NCBI GenBank assembly: GCA_002293965.1
Contig: DBEG01000100.1
Coordinates: 1-43,723, forward strand
Source: Actinobacteria bacterium UBA912
GTDB taxonomy: Bacteria; Actinomycetota; Coriobacteriia; Anaerosomatales; UBA912
DNA: 43,723 nt
Direction: 5' to 3'
In this document: piece after piece, positions 29,255 through 36,535 of the stretch
How positions within the stretch are numbered: the stretch's first letter is position 1
Layout: each line of letters starts with the position of its first letter
The notes under the pieces: generated by a model
The model's database searches: none
The model's input: only the letters and a program-made list of their open reading frames with translations
What the model was told of the DNA's origin: nothing
Program-made: the position numbers and the translations under genes

Positions 29255-29852
29255 CATTGGATGGGCTAACAGGATTACGATCGCCCGTATGGTCTTCATC
29301 CCGGTGATGGTCGTTGTACTACTTGCACGTCTACCCGATTGGGGGTCGTGGTGGGCGGCTGCATTATTTGCATTCCTGGCCGCTACCGATGCAGTCGATG
29401 GTTACGTTGCGAGAACCAGGAATCAGATCACTACTTTCGGCAAGCTCATCGATCCACTTGCCGATAAGCTGCTTGTCACCGGTGCCCTCATATCGCTCGT
29501 TGACCTCGGTGCAGTGCCTGCTTGGGTGGCTCTGGTGATCATCTCGCGTGAGTTCATCGTGACTGGGTTGCGGATGGTGGCGGTCGCAGAAGGCCGCACC
29601 ATAGCCGCTGGAAGCTTCGGAAAGGCCAAGACGGTTCTCCAGGTGTTAGCCATTGTCGCATTCATACTAAAGGACTCTGATCCCATAGTCTCTCTCGGAC
29701 ACCAAGCGTTGCTATACGCCAACTTGCTCGCATGGGGGCTCATGGGTGCGGCACTGCTATTGACCGTCATTTCCATGATCGATTACTTCTATCATGCTCG
29801 CGATGTCATCAAGATCGAAGATGGACCTAATGACCGCAGAGATCCCAAATAG
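29241..29852 (+). CDS. pgsA: CDP-diacylglycerol--glycerol-3-phosphate 3-phosphatidyltransferase
   Basis: CDP-alcohol phosphatidyltransferase motif DAVDGYVARTRNQITTFGKLIDPLADK in a multi-TM protein. It overlaps the rimO 3' end by 14 nt. Confidence 0.9.
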   Translation: MRLSDIGWANRITIARMVFIPVMVVVLLARLPDWGSWWAAALFAFLAATDAVDGYVARTRNQITTFGKLIDPLADKLLVTGALISLVDLGAVPAWVALVIISREFIVTGLRMVAVAEGRTIAAGSFGKAKTVLQVLAIVAFILKDSDPIVSLGHQALLYANLLAWGLMGAALLLTVISMIDYFYHARDVIKIEDGPNDRRDPK

Positions 29853-30372
29853 GCCTGATTCTGAGGCACAACCCGTGCACCAGATTGCCGAATCCCTAGT
29901 AAGAGTTGCTCGCGCATCCATGTCTACCTTCTGCGTCGCCGAGTCCTGCACGGGCGGCCTACTAGCAGCTCTTGTCACCGACATTCCAGGCGCCTCGCAT
30001 GCATTCCAGGGTGGCGTTGTCGCGTATTCCAACAAGGCCAAGATCGAAGTCCTCGGTGTGAATGAGGCTCTCATCGACAGGCATGGCGCCGTCAGCTCCG
30101 AAGTCGCAGAGGACATGGCCATCCGCTCCTTGCATTTGTTCGCAACCGATGTGTCGTTGTCTGTCACAGGGATTGCGGGTCCCTCCGGAGGCACGCCGGA
30201 TAAGCCTGTCGGTCTCGTCTGGTTCGGAGTCGCGATGCGTGCGGTAGGCTCGGTTGACACCTTCACCGACTTCCGCCACTTCGATGGCAACAGAGAAACC
30301 GTGCGCGGAGCAGCCGCACGACACGGACTGCGCCTACTACTAAGTGCACTTGGGTCGAATGACGCCTCGTGA
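29821..30372 (+). CDS. cinA: CinA C-terminal-domain protein (PncC-type nicotinamide-nucleotide amidase); no MoCF N-domain
   Basis: VAESCTGGLLAALVTDIPGAS ... GGVVAYSN ... GIAGPSGGT motifs, in the pgsA-cinA-recA neighbourhood. The start is uncertain (29794, 29821 or 29830) and overlaps the pgsA 3' end. Confidence 0.85.
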   Translation: MDLMTAEIPNRPDSEAQPVHQIAESLVRVARASMSTFCVAESCTGGLLAALVTDIPGASHAFQGGVVAYSNKAKIEVLGVNEALIDRHGAVSSEVAEDMAIRSLHLFATDVSLSVTGIAGPSGGTPDKPVGLVWFGVAMRAVGSVDTFTDFRHFDGNRETVRGAAARHGLRLLLSALGSNDAS

Positions 30373-30947
30373 TGCGCACCTTCGTGGCAATAGACCCCTC
30401 CAAACGACTGCGGGAATCATTGCAGGAGGTTTGTGGGAGAGTCAGAGATGCTGACCTCCATTGGGCCGCCCAGAGATGGACCCGTCCGGAGAACTATCAC
30501 CTCACGGTGAGGTTCTTCGGCGATCTGCAAAGCGAGGTTTGCGAGGCTGTTGTACGCGATCTTCACGAGCATCTCGTTGGCATCGGAAAGTTCGAGTTGC
30601 CAGTTGCTGAGGCCCTCACAGATCTTTCGAGAGGAACGAAGATTTCACTGATGATGACTATATTCTCCGATGCCGAAGGAAAGTTCGCCCGAGTGAAGCG
30701 GGTAGTGGATGGCGTAGCTTCTGTTCATGGGTTCCCTCCGGACCTAAAGGAGGCCATACCGCATGTGACCCTGGTGCGGACTAGCGGCAGAGGCCTCAGA
30801 AGACCTTCGCCCGATGTATACGCTCAAGCAAGTCGTTGTCTGGCGGGCGAGAGCATCTGTGTAGATGAACTGTCTGTCTACTCCAGTGAACTTGGAAAGG
30901 ATGGGCCGCGATATACTCGGCTAGCAAAGATCCGACTCAAGCATTGA
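30372..30947 (+). CDS. thpR: RNA 2',3'-cyclic phosphodiesterase (2H family, ThpR/LigT)
   Basis: Two HxT motifs (YHLTVRF and PHVTLVR) in a protein of about 190 aa, with the typical MRTFVAI start. GTG 30369 is the alternative start. Confidence 0.8.
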   Translation: MRTFVAIDPSKRLRESLQEVCGRVRDADLHWAAQRWTRPENYHLTVRFFGDLQSEVCEAVVRDLHEHLVGIGKFELPVAEALTDLSRGTKISLMMTIFSDAEGKFARVKRVVDGVASVHGFPPDLKEAIPHVTLVRTSGRGLRRPSPDVYAQASRCLAGESICVDELSVYSSELGKDGPRYTRLAKIRLKH

Positions 30948-30973
30948 CAGCGAACATCTGTTCGATATACACT
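30944..30973 (+). promoter_or_regulatory. recA promoter: TTGACA -35 with a TATACA/TACACT -10
   Basis: TTGACA at 30944-30949 overlaps the thpR stop codon. The -10 is TATACA at 30966-30971 (16-nt spacer) or TACACT at 30968-30973 (18-nt spacer). AGGAG RBS at 31007-31011. Confidence 0.6.
30951..30964. promoter_or_regulatory. LexA operator (Cheo/SOS box) of recA
   Basis: CGAACATCTGTTCG is a perfect match to the Gram-positive/actinobacterial consensus CGAAC-N4-GTTCG. It lies between the -35 and -10 of the recA promoter. Confidence 0.85.
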
Positions 30974-31021
30974 TGCGCATAAGTCATCCCAACGGCATTC
31001 GATCATTAGGAGTAGACGAAT

Positions 31022-32056
31022 ATGGATTCTGAGAAGAACAAGATCCTCGACGTTACCAAAGAGCAGATCGACCGGAAATTCGGCAAGGGCTCCCTGATGA
31101 AACTTGGCGAACACGCGGCGGTCATGAAGGTCGCAGCTATTCCCACAGGTTCTTTAGCCCTTGATGCAGCTCTTGGAATAGGAGGAGTGCCACGAGGTAG
31201 GATTGTAGAGATATATGGACCCGAATCGAGCGGGAAAACAACTTTGGCCCTACAGATTTTGGCTGAAGCCCAGGCACAAGGTGGAATCGTCGCATTCATA
31301 GATGCCGAACATGCACTTGATCCAACCTATGCATCAGCCTTGGGTGTCGACGTCGATGAACTTCTGATCTCTCAGCCAGATACGGGGGAACAGGCTCTTG
31401 AGATTGCGGACATGCTCGTGCGTAGCGGGGCGATCGATGTTGTGGTAATCGACTCGGTTGCAGCCCTTGTTCCTCGAGCTGAGCTTGAGGGGGAGATGGG
31501 CGATGTTACCGTTGGCTTACAGGCTCGACTTATGAGTCAGGCACTCAGAAAGCTTGCAGGGTCGCTGAATAAGTCCTCGACCACCTGCATATTCATCAAT
31601 CAGCTGCGTGAGAAGATCGGAGTGATGTTCGGCAGTCCCGAAACCACCTCTGGCGGGCGAGCTCTCAAGTTCTACTCAACCATACGCATAGACGTCCGAA
31701 GGATCGATTCAATCAAACAAGGAACCGACATCGTCGGTAATCGTGTCCGCGCCAAAGTGGTGAAGAATAAGGTTGCTGCACCATTTCGTCAGGCCGAGTT
31801 CGATCTTATGTATGGACAGGGGATCAGCAAGGAGGGGAACCTTCTCGATCTGGGTGTTGAAGAAGGTGTGATATCCAAGTCTGGTTCTTGGTATACGTAC
31901 CGCGAGGAACGCCTCGGACAGGGCCGTGAGGCTGCCAAAGATTTCCTCAGGGAGCACATCGACTGCCGAAATGAAATTGAATCAACCATTCGCCTGCGTT
32001 TAGGACTCCCGGTCATCGGTTCACAGCCAATGATTGAGGTACCACTACCGGAATAG
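31022..32056 (+). CDS. recA: Recombinase A
   Basis: 344 aa with Walker [10 protein letters not shown]. Also has [10 protein letters not shown] and the L1/L2 loop regions. Confidence 0.98.
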   Translation: MDSEKNKILDVTKEQIDRKFGKGSLMKLGEHAAVMKVAAIPTGSLALDAALGIGGVPRGRIVEIYGPESSGKTTLALQILAEAQAQGGIVAFIDAEHALDPTYASALGVDVDELLISQPDTGEQALEIADMLVRSGAIDVVVIDSVAALVPRAELEGEMGDVTVGLQARLMSQALRKLAGSLNKSSTTCIFINQLREKIGVMFGSPETTSGGRALKFYSTIRIDVRRIDSIKQGTDIVGNRVRAKVVKNKVAAPFRQAEFDLMYGQGISKEGNLLDLGVEEGVISKSGSWYTYREERLGQGREAAKDFLREHIDCRNEIESTIRLRLGLPVIGSQPMIEVPLPE

Positions 32057-32226
32057 GACCCTTTCGTCCCATGTAGGCTTAAGAGTTGGTCATACCAGAG
32101 ACGTTTCTAAATGTGATTCCTGATGGGCGAGTAGCCGAATCCCAGAAGCGCATACATATATTGCTTCGAGCCGTACCCCCGATCACCACGAATTCAATGG
32201 GGGACATTCTCTCGAGGCTGGTCGTG

Positions 32227-32254
32227 TTGCTTTTATATGCATCCGAGATATACT
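32227..32254 (+). promoter_or_regulatory. Candidate sigma-A-type promoter inside the recA-rny spacer
   Basis: TTGCTT (32227-32232), a 16-nt spacer, then TATACT (32249-32254). It would give a leader of roughly 280 nt ahead of rny. Confidence 0.4.
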
Positions 32255-32541
32255 ATTGAGCAGGTGTTATTGGATTTCTTGCCGTGTGCTGCACATCAAG
32301 TGCGCCCTAGGCTGTTACTTTGGTGTACTTGCTGTTGACTTCACTGGCTCGGTACAACGAGCCTGAATCGTTGATGGCTGCTGTTAGCCACGGTCATGAT
32401 CCTGCACTCGCTCCAAAGTAGTCTGTTCAATTGCCGACACATAGGACCGAGCGTACACCCCGAGCCAAATGTATGCCTTGCTGATATGCGCATCACCGAA
32501 CATACTCATTGGATAACTGAACAGTTGGGAGGAGCGCTAAG

Positions 32542-34074
32542 ATGAACGACATGTTACTCATCGTCATCGCACTGATCATCGGCGCCTTTGTCGGATACCT
32601 TTCTAATCGCTTCATACTAAAGGGTCGGATCGAGCGATCCGCCGAAGAGGCTGGGCGGCTGATTGCCGATGCCACCAGACAAGCGGAGACTCTTCGAAAG
32701 GAAGCCTTGATTGAGGCCAAGGATCAGACTTTTGCCATTAAGCAGGAGGCCGATCTTGAGATCAAGGAACGCAGGAGAGAGCTTTCAGCCATGGAAAGTC
32801 GCCTCACCCAGCGCGAAGAGAATCTCGATCGACGCATCGAGTCGCTCGACAAGAAGGAACATCAACTATCCTCGCTTCAGGGTCAGATCACCAAAAAGGA
32901 GAAGGATGTTGATGAACTGATTGAAGCTCACAGCGAGCGACTACAATCGATAGCGGGAATTACACGCGATGAAGCCAAGACCCAGCTTTTCAATCAGATT
33001 GAATCAGAAGTCAAGCAGGATGCCGCTGCCATGATTCGTGAAGCCGAAGCACTGGCTCGTGAAGAAGCCGACAAGAAGGCTCGCAACATCGTTGGAGTAG
33101 CAATACAGCGCGTTGCTGCTGATCATTCCGCAGAGTCGACAGTTTCTGTTGTCCATATTCCCAGCGATGACATGAAGGGCCGCATCATCGGCCGAGAGGG
33201 TCGTAACATCAGGGCTTTTGAGCAGATGACTGGCATCAATCTGATCATCGACGACACTCCCGAAGCAGTCGTTTTGTCGAGCTTCGATCCGGTTCGCAGG
33301 GAGATCGGACGCGTCACCCTGGAATCACTGATCGCTGATGGACGGATTCATCCTGCGCGTATCGAAGAACTTTTCAACAAAGCTGAACTTCAGGTCAATC
33401 AAATCATTCAAGAGGCCGGGGAGCAGGCCGCCTTTGATGCCACGATCCATGGCCTACACGGTGAGCTCATTCGAACCATCGGTCGTCTGAAGTTTCGTAC
33501 ATCTTACGGTCAGAATGTTTTGAAGCATTCTCTGGAGGTTGCTCACCTTGCCGGCGTCATGGCTGCTGAACTCGGGGTTGACGTCGAGTTAGCTAAACGA
33601 GCTGGGTTACTACATGACATCGGAAAAGCAATCGACCACGATGTCGAGGGCCCCCATGCGGTCATCGGTGCCGATCTTGCTCGACGGATGAACGAACCAA
33701 AGTCAGTGCTGCACTGTATAGAGGCGCATCATGGGGACGTCGAACCAACTACAGTCGAAGCCGTTCTCGTTCAAGCCGCTGATGCGATCTCCGCTGCGCG
33801 CCCTGGCGCCAGAAGGGAAACTCTCGAAAGTTACATCAAGCGGTTGGAGAAACTGGAAGCGGTCGCACAGTCCCACCCAGGTGTTGAGAAGAGCTACGCG
33901 ATGCAGGCTGGCCGTGAGATTCGGGTCATGGTCAAACCGGACAAGATCAGCGACTCTGACTCTGTTGTCCTTGCCAGGGATATAGCAAAGCAGATCGAGG
34001 CGGAACTTGAGTATCCCGGTCAGATCAAGGTAATCGTGATCCGCGAACGTAGAGTCGTGGAGTACGCGAAGTAG
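32542..34074 (+). CDS. rny: Ribonuclease Y
   Basis: 510 aa with an N-terminal TM helix and a coiled coil. KH domain motif is [15 protein letters not shown] and the HD domain has [19 protein letters not shown] at 32527-32534. Confidence 0.95.
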   Translation: MNDMLLIVIALIIGAFVGYLSNRFILKGRIERSAEEAGRLIADATRQAETLRKEALIEAKDQTFAIKQEADLEIKERRRELSAMESRLTQREENLDRRIESLDKKEHQLSSLQGQITKKEKDVDELIEAHSERLQSIAGITRDEAKTQLFNQIESEVKQDAAAMIREAEALAREEADKKARNIVGVAIQRVAADHSAESTVSVVHIPSDDMKGRIIGREGRNIRAFEQMTGINLIIDDTPEAVVLSSFDPVRREIGRVTLESLIADGRIHPARIEELFNKAELQVNQIIQEAGEQAAFDATIHGLHGELIRTIGRLKFRTSYGQNVLKHSLEVAHLAGVMAAELGVDVELAKRAGLLHDIGKAIDHDVEGPHAVIGADLARRMNEPKSVLHCIEAHHGDVEPTTVEAVLVQAADAISAARPGARRETLESYIKRLEKLEAVAQSHPGVEKSYAMQAGREIRVMVKPDKISDSDSVVLARDIAKQIEAELEYPGQIKVIVIRERRVVEYAK

Positions 34075-34087
34075 TCTATCGACTGCG

Positions 34088-35182
34088 GTGATGGATGATA
34101 TGAGTGAAGACAACAGAGTCCTTCTCGACCTGATTACAAACGTATCTGGGACCTCGTTTCGCAAGGTCGAAGAGACCTTCGGTGACGGCTTCGTCAGATT
34201 GCATACTTCTGAAGCCGAGAGGCGTCAGGCTAAGCACGATATTCGCAGTGTCGAAGACATCGTCATCGAATTGTTGAGAAACTCCCGCGATGCTGGTGCA
34301 ACCCGGATCTTTGTTGCCTCTAGCCGCTCTGGGGACGTTCGCTCCATCGCGGTCATAGACGACGGCATTGGAGTCCCGACGACGATGCATGCCCGAATCT
34401 TCGAGCCTCGCGTTACCTCGAAACTTGATTCTATGGTCATTGATTCCTGGGGCGTCCACGGGAGAGGGATGGCTCTATATAGCATCAAAGCCAATGCCGC
34501 CGATGTGCAAATCCGCGCTTCCGCCACTGGGCTTGGTTGTGCAATCGCTCTCTCAAATGACTGTCTTACGTTGCCCGAGCGATCGGACCAGTCCACTTGG
34601 CCCACGGTCGATCTATCCCAACAGAGTTTGCCGGTCGTTACCAAGGGACCACGCAATATTCTTCGGGCCGTAGTGGAGTTCGCTTGCCAGCATCCTTCAC
34701 TTCAAGTCTATATCGGGTCTCACGCTGAGATCGCTGCCACCATGTTCGCCCTCACTGTGAGTGCAGCAGAGTCCTCAGCACTTCTTCTGGTTGACGATGT
34801 GGACTCACTGCATATTTGGCAACGCCCGGGTGCAGCAATGGATGCTGTCGAGCTGGTTGGAGTTGCAGCCTCCATAGGTCTGGATATCTCGGAACGTACG
34901 GCCCATCGAGTACTCTCTGGCGAACTCAACCCACTGCCTCCGATACTCGACATCTGTTGCGCCATAGAACAACATTCCACGGTTCAACAGGTACCTGATA
35001 TCTATAAGAACCGAAAAGGCTTGAGAATCCACCAGGATGATCTTGTTGAGTTTCGGCGGGGGATAACCGCGGCGTTTGACGGGTTGGCGGAACGATACTT
35101 CATATACATGAAGGATGAGCCTCGGATACGCGTTACGAAGGACGCGATCCATGTTCGATTCGAAATCGACAAAGAAGACTGA
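34088..35182 (+). CDS. Uncharacterised GHKL (Bergerat-fold) ATPase, MutL-N-like, with an unassigned C-terminal half carrying a possible HTH
   Basis: N box ELLRNSRDAGATRIFV (34268-34315) and G1 VIDDGIGVP (34352-34378). RVTSKL...WGVHGRGMALYS follows (34409-34483). An HTH-like IGLDISERTAHRVL lies at 34874-34915. It starts 13 nt after the rny stop, at GTG 34088 or ATG 34091. Confidence 0.7.
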   Translation: MMDDMSEDNRVLLDLITNVSGTSFRKVEETFGDGFVRLHTSEAERRQAKHDIRSVEDIVIELLRNSRDAGATRIFVASSRSGDVRSIAVIDDGIGVPTTMHARIFEPRVTSKLDSMVIDSWGVHGRGMALYSIKANAADVQIRASATGLGCAIALSNDCLTLPERSDQSTWPTVDLSQQSLPVVTKGPRNILRAVVEFACQHPSLQVYIGSHAEIAATMFALTVSAAESSALLLVDDVDSLHIWQRPGAAMDAVELVGVAASIGLDISERTAHRVLSGELNPLPPILDICCAIEQHSTVQQVPDIYKNRKGLRIHQDDLVEFRRGITAAFDGLAERYFIYMKDEPRIRVTKDAIHVRFEIDKED

Positions 35183-35192
35183 TTTTTTGTGT

Positions 35193-35212
35193 CATGATTG
35201 GATATGATTGAA
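35193..35212. repeat. Tandem 10-bp direct repeat in the spacer upstream of spoVS
   Basis: ATGATTGGAT (35193-35202) is immediately followed by ATGATTGAAT (35203-35212), 9 of 10 identical. TCACATG also occurs twice downstream (35229-35235 and 35253-35259). Confidence 0.5.
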
Positions 35213-35311
35213 TGCAGACAGCACGCTAGTCACATGGCACCAGCATTGATAGATCACATGCAGTCGGCAAGTCATTTGCCTGTTCCAGTAGATTTCGAGC
35301 AAGGAGTAGCA

Positions 35312-35584
35312 GTGGAAGTTTTAAAGGTCTCTACAAAGTCGAATCCGAACTCTGTTGCCGGTGCACTCGCCGGTATACTGCGCGAACACGGTGCCGTAGA
35401 GATGCAGACGGTTGGCGCTGGTGCACTCAACCAGGCAGTCAAAGCCATTGCTATCGCTCGCGGATTCTTGGCTCCCTCGGGAATGGATCTTAGCTGTGTG
35501 CCCGCGTTTGCTGACATCGAGATCAACGGCGAGGAGCGAACTGCAATACGGTTGCTCGTTGAGCTACACAACATGAGTGGATAG
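35312..35584 (+). CDS. spoVS: SpoVS family protein (stage V sporulation protein S homologue)
   Basis: From memory it is nearly collinear with Bacillus SpoVS: VLKVSTKSNPNSVAGALAGILREHGAVEMQTVGAGALNQAVKAIAIARGFLAPSGMDLSCVPAFADIEINGEERTAIRLLVE. The in-frame GTG at 35312 has AAGGAG (35301-35306) 5 nt upstream. The 128-aa ORF-track version (35198) adds a non-homologous extension. Confidence 0.9.
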   Translation: MEVLKVSTKSNPNSVAGALAGILREHGAVEMQTVGAGALNQAVKAIAIARGFLAPSGMDLSCVPAFADIEINGEERTAIRLLVELHNMSG

Positions 35585-35611
35585 CATTTTCGACTCGATC
35601 GTGGTGTATCA

Positions 35612-36463
35612 ATGCTGTTCGACCTTCACGTTCATAGCAATCAATCGGATGGTCACCTAACTCCAAGGCAACTTGTTGAGAAGGCCGACAGTGAGGGAGT
35701 CCTGGTTCTGTCACTCACGGACCATGACTCGATAGGGGGAATAGATGAGGCTGCGCAGGCTGCAGACGAACTCAATCTACTATTTGTTCCCGGAGTCGAA
35801 TTCTCGGCGATTCTGGATGAAAGTGAAGTACACATACTCGCCTACTTCATCAATCATACAAACCCCATCCTGATCGAACAATTGGACTTCCTGCGTCAAG
35901 CCAGAGTCCATCGCGCCAGACGAACCGTTGAGCTCATTCAAGCGTTCGGCCTGTCCCTTGACTTCGACCAGGTTCTTTGCGAGTCGGGCGATGGCGTCAT
36001 CGGACGGGTTCATCTAGCCAAGGCTCTTGTCTCCAGTAACATCGCGACCGATGTATCCGATGCATTCGTCCGCTTCCTCGGACGCGGCAAGCAGTTCTAT
36101 CTACCCAAGGAGTCCGCTGATCCTCTCGCTCTGCTTTCCTTGATCTCTCGGATAGGCGGCTGTGCAGTTCTAGCTCATCCAGGAATCAACGGCGTGGATA
36201 GATTCCTCCCGATGCTTGTGGGGGCCGGGCTGGCCGGAATCGAGGCCTATCATCCTTTACACACCCCTGAGCAGGTAGAACGCTATCGTTGCTTTGCCAA
36301 AAAGTTCGATTTGTTTGTCACTGGCGGATCCGATTACCACGGTCCTGACTCGCTGGCACAACAGTTTGGAGTGCCTGATTTGCCCATGCGGGATGTTCTT
36401 CGCTTCCTGACAGCATCGGGTGATCGAAGGCTGGCAGATCGCCTCACGGGAATCACCGAATGA
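35612..36463 (+). CDS. PHP-domain phosphoesterase (TrpH/YciV-like)
   Basis: FDLHVHSNQSDGHLTP N-terminal His cluster, then LTDHDSIGG, VLAHPG, EAYHP and GGSDYHG metal-ligand motifs. 283 aa. Confidence 0.85.
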   Translation: MLFDLHVHSNQSDGHLTPRQLVEKADSEGVLVLSLTDHDSIGGIDEAAQAADELNLLFVPGVEFSAILDESEVHILAYFINHTNPILIEQLDFLRQARVHRARRTVELIQAFGLSLDFDQVLCESGDGVIGRVHLAKALVSSNIATDVSDAFVRFLGRGKQFYLPKESADPLALLSLISRIGGCAVLAHPGINGVDRFLPMLVGAGLAGIEAYHPLHTPEQVERYRCFAKKFDLFVTGGSDYHGPDSLAQQFGVPDLPMRDVLRFLTASGDRRLADRLTGITE

Positions 36464-36535
36464 CAGGTTCCATCCCACCAACAGTCGGGCATCACTCCTC
36501 TCGATGTCGGTTCGTCCGTGATAGACTCTAGCGTC

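Noticed and set aside
32197-32338. Short + strand ORFs in the recA-rny spacer: a 20-aa hydrophobic MGDILSRLVVLLLYASEIYY (32197-32259) and a 33-aa Cys-rich peptide (32237-32338).
   Set aside because: Neither has a Shine-Dalgarno sequence in front. They overlap each other and the predicted promoter. No support exists beyond being open, so the type I toxin idea is unsupported.
32497-32510. CGAACATACTCATT just upstream of the rny RBS. It shares the 10-mer CGAACATACT with the lexA operator.
   Set aside because: Only the left half-site matches; the right half (TCATT versus GTTCG) is essentially absent. It is probably not a functional LexA box and would need an EMSA to revisit.
35198-35311. N-terminal 38-aa extension of the SpoVS ORF (the 128-aa version in the ORF track).
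   Set aside because: SpoVS homologues are about 86-90 aa. The extension has no homology I recognise, whereas an in-frame GTG at 35312 has a perfect AAGGAG 5 nt upstream.
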